Positions 1 to 13,079 of a stretch of 64,000 nt of DNA are shown piece by piece (position 1 is the first letter of the stretch; every line of letters starts with the position of its first letter). Location of the stretch: contig NC_068982.1 of assembly GCF_001194135.2 (NCBI RefSeq), forward strand, positions 163,911,489 to 163,975,488. The letters run 5' to 3'. Both the position numbers and the translations under genes were made by a program. The notes beneath the pieces are model-generated. The model was not told where the DNA came from. It saw only the letters and a list, made by a program, of their open reading frames with translations, and did no database searches. Source of the stretch: Octopus bimaculoides (taxonomy: Eukaryota).

Positions 1-120
1 TCAAATTTAGGCACAAGGGCGTAAATTTTTGAGGGGAGGGAGAGTAGTCAATATTATTTACCTCAATACTTTACTAACACTTTATTTTAACGACTCAAAA
101 GGATGAAAGGCAAAGCGGAC
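1..120 (-). mobile_element. tRNA-derived SINE family A, partial copy (3' half)
   Basis: Reverse complement matches the core 'ctttgcctttcatcc...' and the 'ccttgtgcc.aaatttga' tail of fuller copies at 3031, 10257 and 49819; truncated by the window edge. Confidence 0.75.
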
Positions 121-189
121 CGGGGGGGGGGGTTAATAGAGAGTGTAAACTGAGTGTAAACAGACATTTTCTGACGTTTTAATAACATA

Positions 190-400
190 TTTTCTCTCTC
201 GCTTCTGCGTTGCTCCAGTTGACTCAGCAGTCAAAAATGTGTTGTACCTGTTGTTGAATGGGGCCAACTTTCTCACATTCGGGGTGCCACGCTGATTCTC
301 TGTGAAGGATTCAGCCACTTGCACGGTAATTTCACGAACAGGTTGTTCCGTTGATCGATTCACACAGGAACACTCGTCGTCGTAACCTATAAAGTGGCCA
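190..400. mobile_element. Interspersed repeat family C remnant (SINE-like)
   Basis: Shares 'cagccacttgcacg.taatttcacga.ca.g.tgttccgttg...tcgtcgtaacc' with 2460-2550 in the same orientation; GC-richer than the flanks. Confidence 0.55.
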
Positions 401-444
401 GTTATGTAAACGTGCATGCACACACAAGCACGCGTACGCACACA

Positions 445-447
<3 letters not shown>

Positions 448-521
<74 letters not shown>
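448..521. repeat. (CA)n microsatellite. Other long CA/GT tracts at about 1795-1881, 19904-19968, 33065-33156, 47906-48003, 59851-59926 and 63453-63556
   Basis: Seen directly. Confidence 0.98.
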
Positions 522-526
<5 letters not shown>

Positions 527-796
527 AATATATAGACAGCCAATGACACTCTCCTGTTGATACTTCTGGCTTATCACCAACCGTTGTTGTTGGCTTGTAT
601 GTTCGTTACTTGAGACACTGTACATCACTCGAAAACTTATTCGTAATCCTATTTGTTCGTGATGAGAGGCGTTCGTAAACCGAGGTTCCACCGTATATAA
701 TATTGTATAATTATGTTATTGATGGCTGCAGGAAATATCGCTTGAGTGCTTGCACTGAAATATAATATAATATAATATAATATAATATAATATAAT

Positions 797-1150
797 ATCT
801 ATATTAATAAAGGCAAAATGCTGTCTGTCTGTCTGGGACCGCTGTATCGCAGTCTACATTTGCTCTACATAGACATATTATACCATTTTGGAATCATTTA
901 CTTCTTGAACATCCAGCATTGGGATCTGATTTAAAAGCATTTGGGTTGCTATTTCTAGTAGGTAAAGTTTGGCTGATTTACGATATCTTAGTTGGCGTTT
1001 ATCAGCTGTCGTCAGAGATCAAGGGGGAGACATCCACTTCGTTAATTTTACGTCGAGATAAGAACTTTGGGACAAATTGGCCAACAGTTGGAAATCAACT
1101 TGGAACTGGAACAATAGAATGATCGCATTACAGAGTTATTTCTTATCCGG
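797..1150 (+). mobile_element. Possible non-autonomous Helentron/DINE-1-like element (decayed)
   Basis: Starts 'tctatattaataaaggcaaaatgctgtctgtctgtctg', the AT-rich 5' end plus TGTC microsatellite pattern also seen at 58441 and 59826; the 3' boundary is uncertain. Confidence 0.3.
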
Positions 1151-1175
1151 CCGTAACCTTTGATTAAACACCATC

Positions 1176-1424
1176 GGGGCATATAGCGAAGTGGTTAAGA
1201 GTGCGGGCTACTAACCCCAAGATTCCGAGTTCGATACCAAGCAGTGACCATAATAATAATAATAATAATAACAATAACATCGAAAAATACCTTAGGAATG
1301 AGAACCCAGGTTCGAAATTTCTGCAAGACACCTGATGAAAGCTGGAGGGTATATCTGCCGAAATGTTGTGTCAACAACAAACAGGATGAGGACAAATATA
1401 ATATCCGTCAAATGTAAATAATGT
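1176..1424 (+). mobile_element. tRNA-headed SINE-like element with a (TAA)n spacer and a hammerhead-ribozyme-like 3' module
   Basis: A-box-like TAGCGAAGTGG (1184-1194), anticodon-arm-like ggg-ctactaa-ccc, B-box GTTCGATACC (1229-1238), (TAA)n at about 1250-1270, then a CTGATGA...GAAA core at 1332-1363. Confidence 0.7.
1327..1372 (+). ncRNA. Candidate minimal type I hammerhead ribozyme (decayed copy)
   Basis: Stem I GACAC/GTGTC (5 bp perfect), core CTGATGA (1332-1338), stem II agctg/ctgcc (3 of 5 pairs), GAAA (1360-1363), near-palindromic stem III AATGTT, GUU cleavage triplet. Confidence 0.55.
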
Positions 1425-1792
1425 TGTCTTTGATTGTTTAAGCAACAATAGTAGTAGAGAAAGGAGGTGGAGAAGAAGAAGGAGAAGAAGAAGAAAAAAT
1501 GCGGGATTCTTCTTCTTCTTAGACAATCAATGACAAGAATTCATATCAAACTAGCTACTGCTAGAACTCACAGGATTAAAAAAGAGAGCCAGAGACAGAC
1601 TAAAAAAAGGAAAATATCTCTTGCATTTGAAAACTATGGAAATATGTTTAAAAAACATTTCATTTAATTTTTCCACAATTTAACTGTTTTTCATACTTTA
1701 CTCTAAGTTGAAAAAATCATAAAGACTGAAACCGGTACTAAAATGTTGTTCATGATAAAATTATTTTAGCATTGTCTATCTTGTCTAATTTT

Positions 1793-1893
<101 letters not shown>

Positions 1894-2188
1894 AATACAG
1901 TGTACATTTAAACACATAAGAGGTATCCATCATAGGATTCCTTCACGCTAGAAAGAACACCTAATGTTCCAAACCTCTATTGGGGATAAAATTTCGAAAG
2001 GAATGAAATGAAAGTAAAAACATTTACCATCTAGTTCCTGGACCAATTGGTTTCTGATTTTTATTTTAGCAAATAAAATAATTTGTTAGGTGAAATCTTC
2101 GTCAACAGGAACACCCAAGATTAAACATATATACACGAGGCAATCAATTATATGCCTCATGCTTATACATTCTAACCGCGCAGCTTCT

Positions 2189-2247
2189 CGTCGGCAGTAA
2201 ATAAAATGCCAACGTTAAAAGTTCGAAAATTTTATTTACTGCCGACG
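2189..2247. repeat. Perfect 19-bp inverted repeat with a 21-nt spacer
   Basis: cgtcggcagtaaataaaat (2189-2207) and attttatttactgccgacg (2229-2247) are exact reverse complements. Confidence 0.95.
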
Positions 2248-2454
2248 TATGTATGTATATATGATTTTATATTATGAAATATTTTTATTTTCAAACAAAT
2301 TCATCTATCTTTCGACTTTTAAATTTAGTTTTAAGGTGAAAGACAAAATTTGCTAATATAATTAAGCAAATTTTGTCATTCAAAATATTTATTACGATTG
2401 TTTGTGAGTGTATTTTTTATGTGTCACACTGAATCTCCCAGAACTACGTTAAAT

Positions 2455-2550
2455 GTACACGTGTCTGTGGAGTGCTCAGCCGCTTGCACGTTAATTTCAC
2501 GAGCAAGCTGTTCCGTTGTTCGCATCAGCTTGGACTTTTGTCGTCGTAAC
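2455..2550. mobile_element. Interspersed repeat family C fragment
   Basis: Homologous to 300-400. Confidence 0.55.
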
Positions 2551-3030
2551 CGACAGAATGCTTCTTTTCCTTATTTTGATATGTACATGTGAATTCTTTT
2601 TGTTTTGTAGTTTCCTTCAAACGATAATAAATTTCGTTATTTCGTGCTGCTTTATGTTTATGTGAAGCTGTTTAATTTGCACTCAAATTCAAATGAAAAT
2701 GCAATAATGTATACAAATCTTCTATAATACAATTGTTATTTATTCCAGTTGAATATTGGCTAATAACTCATTTTATATAGCAAAACTAAATCTAAATTTA
2801 AAATAATATCTCATTTCGGCGAATTTACTTGTAATAATAGTAATTTTGAGAGAAAATTCCATCAGCTTTATGTAAGAATATTTTGCTGAATTGTGTCTCG
2901 AACACATTAAATACAGTTCAAGACACAATAAGAAACGGTCACAGCTTCAAAGGCGTGAAAGAATTGTGATTGCCTCTCCTTTAACGCCAAGTGAAATAAC
3001 CCGAACTTATCTCAGTATTTAACAACAGTT

Positions 3031-3350
3031 AAGGCAGCGAGCTGGCAGAATCGTTAGCACGCCAGACAAAATACTTAGCGGTATTTCGTCCATCTTTACC
3101 TTCTGAGTTCAAATTTCGCCGGGGTCGACTTTGCCTTTCATCCTTCAGGGGTCGACTTTGCCTTTCATCCTTCAGGGGTCGACNNNNNNNNNNCAGGGGT
3201 CGACTTTGCCTTTCATCCTTCAGGGGTCGACTTTGCCTTTCATCCTTCAGGGGTCGATAAAATAAGTACCATTCAAATACTGGAGTCGATTACATCGACT
3301 TACCAGCTTTCCTCGAAATTGCTGGTCTTGTGCCAAAATTTGAAACCAAT
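3031..3350 (+). mobile_element. SINE family A with an internal 27-bp tandem array
   Basis: Head aaggcagcgagctggcagaatcgttagcac (A-box-like), B-box-like gagttcaaatttc, unit ggggtcgactttgcctttcatccttca repeated at least 4 times across a 10-N gap, 'tttgaaacc' tail. Confidence 0.92.
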
Positions 3351-6300
3351 ATTTGAAGTCATTTAGGACAAGAATTATTAGCAAACTTTGTTTTCTTCTT
3401 TAATTCTTGATATAAACGAAACATCAACTTAGCATTAAAAGAACTAATAATACTTTATCCTCTGGCTATGAAGTCTATAGACATACTTTTTGCATGCTAA
3501 CTAAACACTGTCATTATGATTGTTTGCAAAAATTCTTTGTCTCTGATCATTCCTTTCCCGTCGGCTTCCAGAACATCTCCGTTTTTTAGACTCATTAGTT
3601 TTCTCGGCATTATAGCAATAAATCTATGGTATATGTAAAGATTCTTTTCTATATTAATAAGTCCTAAAACTTATTGGACAGAAGCTATTCGAACATTCGT
3701 ATGTTCTCAGGTTAAACTTTCCGCCATCCAACTGCTGTTAATGTTTTGCATACCAGGTGACCAGGAAAATTTCTCTATACAGATTATAACTTAGAAAAAA
3801 AATCCAACTGTGCGTTTATTAAACATTCTTTCATCTTCGAGCACTAGCTTTTTTTTAGAATTTTCAATTCCACCATTGATAGTTGTTAAAAGACATTCAG
3901 TACTACGTTCATCTTCCAAAAATTATGCACTTCATTTCTCGTCAAATTTACAATTTTTAACTGTGGCTGCTGATAGAATAATGTCTCACTAAAATGCACG
4001 CAGCCACTGGTGAATATAAATAACATTAGTTTGTTTTGTAGTCAAACGTTCCATAATTGCTAGATAGTTTAATTTATCAATTTTAAAGCAGCTGCAATTT
4101 ATTTAAAAAAAGTTAATTAATTTAAACAAAACATTTATATTCATAGCAAGTTTCGTAAATATACAAGGGAATTGTATTTTGTAGAATATATAAACAAAAA
4201 TGAAAGACTGAAATATTTTAAAACACAGATGGCTTACAATTTTTGTACATCTAAGGATTTGAACAACGAAACAGTACATGAAATTAGCGTAAAAGTATTT
4301 AGTATGTTGTTCAGATATATGTGACATACCTCTTCCCCACTGCAAAACTGAAATATATACATGACTTTACTACACACATGTACATGAATATTTATACATA
4401 TAGATATTTATATCTATACCTATACACATATATACTGGACTCACGCGCGCACATGTGCACACATCACTTGCATATTCAGATAGCACACACATACACATCA
4501 CATATATTTGTAATGATAAACGCAATTAGGGGCATAACAAATGTGGGATGGACAAATGGTAAGATACTAGATAATGTGCTTGCAGATCATTAGTTCAAAT
4601 CTGCTGCAGTTAATCCTATGTGCTTTAGAGAAGAATACTTCATTTTATATTACCTTACCAAAAATTACTATCGGTTTCGGGAACAGAAATTGGATTTATT
4701 GGGGTTTATTACCCGGTAGATTGCATTTATTGCCCAAATGATTGAATAACTAGTATGGTACTTGTATTTACAACTGTTTCAGCTAGTTTGATGTATAGTA
4801 TAGATATGCTTCATGGTTGCTTGAATCTGATGGGAAAACGTTTTGTAATTCGTAGGATAGCATTGTAGCCTTCACATTCAATGTTACTGCTACTTCTACA
4901 TGTAATTTCAGATGTTAGTTGTAGTTTACATTGGATAAACGTTTATGTCTCTCGAACGGCTCAAAGATGTAACCTAGTTTCGCTTATAAAACACGCCTTT
5001 CTTAAATACTATTTGTTTAAGTCTCAAATCTTATGCCAACATACACAATGACTTATCACACAAAATCTATGATTTATAAGAGTGACTATGTTATTCTCAT
5101 CGATCTTCGCTGAATAACAGAAGTGATTTGGCTTCATGGAATAATTAGAATTCCATAACAAACTCTGGAATCTTATGCCGAAAGCTAACCTCATTTTTCA
5201 TACGTTCGTCAGGAAAACACACACTCATATACACTCGCACACACAAGAAAAAAACTATTACTATAATGCTAATCAGACGATGAGAAGAAATAGTATCGAA
5301 GTGAAGTCATTCCTTAATATAAGATATATCACAGACATATATCTTACGGCAGTCAATGAAAAACATGCTATACTGTCTTTCTGTCAGTGTTAAAACTTTA
5401 ACCATTAAGTTTCGGCGAAAATTTGCAAGATCTAAAAGTTCATCTGATTTAATCGGTTTATTTATGTATGGATTTTACCACAGACATCATGTCATTTACA
5501 TATTGAAGGCTCCTTATCTTGTTGAAAAATATTGAAATAAATATTGAGGATGACATAATCAGACCAATTCCTCGTTTGACAATAATCGAATAGCCAAAGT
5601 TTCTATTGATTTTCTTTTAAATAATATTGTTATATCTATGTCTATTTTCCATGCTCATAGTTGAATACAATTGTGTAGTTTTATGGTATTGTTTCTGAGT
5701 GCAGTCTCAGAGTATAATGGCATGGAACGGTATTACTTTCAAAATTATAGTAGAATGGTGATAGTAGAATGGTGATAATAGAATTGAAAGCAGGGTTTGG
5801 ATGTTAGCATTTCTTTATTACTATGAGCTAAGAAAGAATTCCTTCGTTTTACATATTAATGCCACTTCTTGTAGTAGTGAGTCATCAGACCCCGTGGAAC
5901 CAAAACACTCCTTTCCCTGGAAGTACGTCCCGACTGACGTACTTTCTCCAATCTGCTTATTCTGTTGGTGTTATAGAGATCTCTATTTCCCGGAGCTGAC
6001 TGGTCGTGTGTCACTTCTCATCACTTAGGTACTCCTGACTCACTTGTTTCTTTGCCTGTCGTCGACGCGCTAGACTCCATTCAAACCAGTCCTTTGTTCC
6101 AGAGCGTCATCCCTTTGAAATTCTCATTCTATCCTTATCTTTCTTGCAAACATCGATTTGCAACTGCTCTAGAATAACGTTAACTGTATCGATCTCACCG
6201 GTTTTAAAGACTACTGCCATTTCTTTCAGAACTAACCAACAAGAAAATGTCTTGAACACGGTGTTGTGCTAGAATCAGGGATACGAATGATCAAATCCCC

Positions 6301-7388
6301 ACAAACTGCTCAGTACCCGATTGATTGAAGCCAATACAGCCGGTATAAAGTTACAATAATACAAGAACTATAGAAATGCGAACTGTGTCTACAACACTGG
6401 TTTGTTTCCTTCTTGACTGTTAAATATATATATATATATATATATATATAAGATTGAACCAGAGACAGAATAAATGCTGAAAAAATTTTAATTTGTTCTA
6501 CAATCTCTCGACTTTGCCAGCTGCAGGCCATACACAATTTTACGACCGTGTAATTTATGAAATAATCTATTTAATAAGATTTATGATTACCAAGAAACTG
6601 TTTGACAGTTGAATTTTACTTTCTAATTCCTACATTCTCATAATCACATCAATTAAAATTTTGCATTAGACAGTTAAGCTTGTTTTGACTAGTAAATAAC
6701 CAACATCTCTGTGACTATTTCCTCCATTTCTCACTTCTTTTCGCAAACTTTTCATCTCTTCCTCCCACTCACATTTTATAATACGCCCCTCTCTCTCCCT
6801 CACTCTCTTACTCTTTCCTTCTCTCCAACTTTCAATTTTCTGCTTTTCTTTTTATTTCTCTTTATTTCTATATTTTCTGCTCTTTTTCATCTCTATTTAC
6901 CTAGTTTCTGTTCGTTTTTCTCATTATCTTACATCTCCATCAATATTGCAAAAACTACACTAACAAACTTATAAATAACTGGTTGTCTTATAAACAGACA
7001 ATGTATGTGTATGTCAACCCCATCTATCTTTGTATATATCAATCTATCATATAGTTATTCACATGTCTTCCTTTCTAGCTTTGTCCATATATNNNNNNNN
7101 NNNNNNNNNNNNNNNNNNNNNNNNNNNNNNNTATATATATATATATCTACCACTTTAAAAGTTTTTTATCCCTAAATTTCTCTTTCAATTTTTAAAAAAA
7201 TTTCCCATCTCTCCATCTTTGTTTCTTTCTATATGTTTGTCTTTTCTTCTCTTTTTTTCTCATTCTATATCCTTCGCTACACCGAAAAAAAATGCTAAAA
7301 TCTACAATACATCTACATAGACAACTATATCTCTTCTAAACAGACGGTATATGTGTGCACTTCTACTTCCTTTTCTCTTTTCTACCTT

Positions 7389-7390
<2 letters not shown>

Positions 7391-7426
<36 letters not shown>

Positions 7427-7436
7427 NNNNNNNNNN

Positions 7437-7519
<83 letters not shown>

Positions 7520-7650
7520 CTCTGTCTGTTTGTCCGTCTGTCTGTTTGTCTCTCTGTCTGTCCGTCTGCCTGTCTGTCTGTCTGTCCGTCTGTCTGTCTG
7601 TCTGTCTGTCCGTCTATCTATCTAGATAGATAACTACCTACCTACCTACC
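7391..7650. repeat. Compound (TCTA)n-(TCTG)n-(CCTA)n microsatellite
   Basis: Seen directly; includes a 10-N gap. Confidence 0.95.
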
Positions 7651-10256
7651 AGTCAGAGTTAGACAGACATACTTTCTCCACTCTGGTTTTTCTGTTACTA
7701 TTACAGGGATTTCGATCCTTATAATTGGTAGCGTGCCATCTCTCTCCTCTCAGGCATTCCCGATTACTGTAAAGACACTCCAGACTCCACACAAACTAGT
7801 TCTTTTTCTCGAGCGTCAGTCCTCTGAAATTCTTAGCCTATGATGGAAGGCGTTCGAATAATGATCATCCCGTTTTGTTTTTATTCAGACGTAGTGCATT
7901 TTGGATTATACTATCATACGTGTCCCTCGGTGTTTAAGAAGGAAGTGTCTGAGATGAGGTTGCTGCTAATTCTAGTGGACTGTCATTTATTCACCCTCAT
8001 TGACTTTCCTAGAAGTTACAGAAATTAAAACGAAAACCATATAAATATAAATGTATCTTAAAAACAAAAATGATATAATTCTTGCTTTGGAAAACTTTTT
8101 ATGGTAACGGAATTTTATGTTCATTGAATCTTCTCACTCATCCAAACTTATATTCCTCATTGGTTTTTTTTTATTACCCCGTTCATAGGTGTTAGATAAA
8201 AGAAAAAAAAATGTCACACCATTAGTATCATTTGTTCTCAAAGAGTCAGATCTCAAATTATATGCCGAATAGTATATAGTGCAGATATTTACTATTTGGC
8301 ACAACCATCATTCTCTTCAAATAAATACTGATTAATTATTTAGGATGCAAGATTTATAGGAGAGAGAGGAATAAGACTGTATGATGTTTATGCCTTCGTC
8401 AAAGGTATTAACATCGATAAGTGAAGTGAATCAACTTCAATCAGAACTTATCTTCTTTCAATTAAGTATTCAAATTCTGTTTAGATATATAATGATTTAT
8501 CCAAATGTTATAAGACAGCAATTCGTTGTAGAAAACGTATAGTCGATTGTTTTTATCCCTGCGAACAAATTGTTTGTATTTGAATCGAGTACAAAGGAAT
8601 AGCAGACTTAGTCATCTTAAGTGTAAGTTGAACTTAACTTGCATACAGACAATAATTATTGTGTAGCCTTAAGCAAAAGCTGTATGATTTTAATATATTA
8701 TAATTTGTCTGCTTTGTATATTACCTACAACTTGCAGTTATTGTAAATTAGCTCTAATGCCGATGCTACAATTGGCAGGAAAAATATTTAGTATATTTAA
8801 TCGGGTCAATACATCATTGGTGCTTATTTTATTAAAATAAAATTGAATGTCGGTTCCTACTACTTCCCCACTGTATTGTTTATGTTTAAATATTCAAATA
8901 CATAAAGGTTTCTTTTATAGGCATATGTTGCTCCTAGTTTTGAAGGGCGGCTTTGGATTGTATCATGTGAAAGCCACATACATACCCATTACTAAAAAAG
9001 TGGTGCTTTTTGCCTCTACCAATCATTGAAATAGATATAAGATGTTTACCTCTGTTATATTACAGATCTGTTATAAGTAATAAATAATCGGATGTATTGT
9101 TTATGTAGATAGAAGGGATAATTATCCTGGAATGGTTTCTCATTGATTCCACTAAGTTCAAAGGAAGAGCTGAATTTAGCAGTACCCCAATGAAACTCGC
9201 ATTTGTTTGTTACATTCAGGAATTATACCATTATGCCGAACCTAGAAAGTATCAGACACACCCACATTAGGCGGCCTCTTGTTTGATACGAGCCTAATAA
9301 CTTGTTTCCGCTATAATAAATTGAGGAAAGAAAGATAAAGTTAATATTAGCGAGATCTGAACTAAAACATTAAGGTACAACGTTAAATGCTGTAAAGCAA
9401 TTAAGTTCGTAATGTCATCGTGTTTTACCGCTGCAACTTCCTCCGATTTAATAACGAATTTTAATATTAACACAGCTACTAATGCGTTGAGTGAATTGGA
9501 ATTTATGCACTAACAGTAATTATTTTATCATTCTAATAGAGACGAAAACAAATTTAAAGTCAATACAGTCGGGATTTGAACTCAGGATTTGAAGTGCTGC
9601 ACTGAATACCACGAAGCAATAAATTCGGCGCTTAATTCGTTTATCCTCTCGCACACGCGATGATAACTTATTTAGACATAATAGTACGACTGTAATTGCA
9701 AAGACGAGATTGTATGATATTCATACCTCTCTTAAGGAGATTAGCGATATACGTTGAAGGTTATAAATCAAATTTGGATTACATATTTTATTATCTTTGA
9801 AATTACTTCTTTGGCTGAAGTGTTCCTCTTCTCAACTGTTTTCTTAAACAAATAATGGAAAGTTATTTAGAGTAAAGATTTTATATAAGGTGGAAGATTG
9901 GTGTTATTCTGCAAGGGTCATTCTACTTTGAAGTTCAGTGGGTACATACAATCAGAATAAATATGAACCTGCTCGTGAAAACTATTAACCAACTATCAAC
10001 CAAGTTAAAAAGATCGTTTAATTCATAGTCGGCAATGAATACTACACTTCTAACGAATGCATGTGTGAAACAATAAACACAAAGTCCCATACTGTACAGT
10101 GCACCCAACCCTCTCATCAAATAGCAATTGCTTACACTGGCTCACGATGCAAATTTATACTGGAGGGATATAGATCAGCTACACTATGGTTCACTTTGTT
10201 TTGGAACGGTGCAATTGTATAAAGGTGATATAATGAACTAAATATAAGTTGTACAT

Positions 10257-10470
10257 AAGGCGGTGAGCTGGCAGAACCGTTAGGACTCCAGGCAAAATGC
10301 TTATCAGCATTTTGTGGTCTTTACGTTCTGAGCTCAAATTCCACCGAGACCAGCTTCGTATTTCATCCTTTCGGGGTCGATGAAATAATTACCAGTTATG
10401 CACTGGGGTCGATATAAGCAACTTGAATCCTCCCCTGAAATTGCTGGTCTTGTGTCAAAATTTGAAACCA
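10257..10470 (+). mobile_element. SINE family A, full length, diverged
   Basis: aaggcggtgagctggcagaaccgttagg ... ctgagctcaaattcc ... catcctttcggggtcga ... tttgaaacca. Confidence 0.9.
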
Positions 10471-11238
10471 CGATAATTTGAAACCACTATAGTCGACAAT
10501 AAATACTACGCTTCTAACGAATATATGTTTGAAACATTAGCATAAAGCCATACGTTTATAGGAAGTATGTAGCCTGTTGATTCGAGCGCAGTATTTAACT
10601 GGAACTTATTGTTACCAATCTCTGGAGGTATTAAATGATAACTCAACCTCTGCAGAACTTAAACTCAGGCGGGACAGAGACGTAAATAAATAGCACAAGG
10701 CAATTTTGTCTGGCACACTACTCATTCTTCCCTCATAGCACTTTCCATGAAATGAAAAACGATTTCAAAAATTGGTTGAAAGACTATAGTTTATGGGAAA
10801 TAGGTATACTTAATTTAATATACTCCTCCTGTTTATCATTAATACTATTTCTTATTATCTCCTAGATATATGAAATCTGAAGTAGACCATGGCGTAGTTT
10901 GAAACCTGAGTGCAAAAGGACCCATTTAAATACTGTAAAATTTTAGTCCAGTGCTTTACTGCTTTTGCCACTCAGTGACCTCATCAAATAAATAATGAGA
11001 ATATAAACGATTGTTATCGATTCTTCGGTGCCAATACAGACATTTTGCAATAAATTTCTGAACTCAGAAAATTTATTTTTCTTAACTTTATAAGGTAAAA
11101 AATAAAATAAAATAATGAAATAATGATTTAACTATGGATAACTCGACTTCTGTATTTGTTTGATTTGTTTTTTTAACACACAGATACATCTATATGTGTG
11201 TATGTATTCAAGAATATGCATGTGTACACACAGACATA

Positions 11239-11300
<62 letters not shown>

Positions 11301-11391
11301 TATATATGTGTGTATATATACACGCACACATTCATGTAAATATATATGTTACGTAAATTACTGATCTGTTTCTTTCTTTCTCTATTTTCTC

Positions 11392-11442
<51 letters not shown>

Positions 11443-11559
11443 ATCTATGTATAAATATATGTATATATGTATATATGTATTAATGTATAAATATATGTAT
11501 TAGTGTATAAATATATTTATGTATGTATGTATCTATGTATAAATATATGTATGTATGTA

Positions 11560-11616
<57 letters not shown>

Positions 11617-13031
11617 GCATACATATATATATGTAAGCACACGTGTGTGCGTGCGTGAAATAGTTTAAACTTTTTTTCCTTTAACGATTTTTCTTTCTTT
11701 CACTGTTATTGACCCTTGCACTTCGCACCGAGAAAGCTAAACAAAAATAAGACGTAAAAATAAATTGCTTAAAAGAAAGAATCAAACAATTACCAGAATT
11801 ATTATCTTTTCTTTTCTTTCATTGAAATTCTACATAGAAAATGTATGACAAAATAAAAGAAAAGCATAACGTCAACTCCAGCATGAAAAAATAAATAAAT
11901 ATCTTCCCCCACCACACCACTAAAATGCTAACGAAACGAAAAATACTGATGATACGGAACAAAAGACATATTTCAATACAGGGAAAAAATGGCGGAACTA
12001 TAGAAAAATGGGAAGATTGATTTCACGTCAAAAGAAGATGTTGGAAATAAGTGTTGATCAGGCAACAAGCGGAGGGTTGACAGAGAAATGTCAGATTTGA
12101 AGTAATTGTTTTATGTGTGCGTATATATGTGTGCATGCGAGTGTGTATGTGTGTGTATGTGTGCGTGTGTGTGTGTGTGTGTTTGTGTTTGTGTGTTTGT
12201 GAGTAGGGGGCGTTGAAGTTATGTTTAAAAAAGAAAATTATTATTCACAGTCATAAGGTTAAGAACAAGCTCCTTGGGATGAAAATAATTTGTTGTAAAG
12301 AGCTATATGTATCAATGGGTAGAATGTATGTGTTAGTGTGTTTTGTGTTTTGTGTGTGTGTATATATACATACGCATGTGTGTAATATTCAACGGAAAGT
12401 ATGTTCCACCAAACCTGGCTACACACACACGCACACACACATATTCACACATATACACTCGCTCATACACGTACACACGCGCTCTCATATAAGAAAGAAA
12501 ATCTTAGTGCATGATGTAGAGATAATGTTCATTAGACATCATTTGTTGATTCTTTCCACTGCTACTCCGAGTTTCTCGCACGTATGCTTTGTCAGACAAT
12601 TTCAAGCAAACTTCATTCTAAGATGTATCAAGTTCATCAGTCTCCAAATGTATGCATAAGAGAGAGCTATTTGTTTGTGAGTAGATGAAGGGATCTTTCT
12701 TCCTCTCCCTCTGTCTCTGTGTGTCTGTCTGTCTCTCTATATATACATACATATATGTACTGTATATAAATGTATATATGTATGTATATGTGAGAAATAT
12801 GTATACAAACACACACACACATGTATATATATTTATATATGTGTGTGTATCATGTATATTCATGCTAACAGTAATACGTAGCATACATGCATATATACAA
12901 GCATACACATATATGTGTGTATATATATATATATCTGAAAAAAATATGTGACACTTATTTAGTAGCCATGATAAATTCCTCTATTTGCATAATATCGAGG
13001 TCTCTTTCTTTCTTTTGTTGCCATTCCTGTC

Positions 13032-13073
<42 letters not shown>

Positions 13074-13079
13074 TATATA

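Noticed and set aside
1176-1250. Functional tRNA gene
   Set aside because: No convincing acceptor stem, an atypical ACT anticodon and no oligo-T terminator; treated as a SINE head.
3121-3258. CRISPR-like appearance of the 27-bp repeats
   Set aside because: The units are contiguous with no spacers, lie inside a SINE, and the DNA is eukaryotic.
5880-6260. GC-richer segment with a minus-strand GTGAGT donor
   Set aside because: All frames between plausible acceptors and the donor contain stops; origin unresolved.
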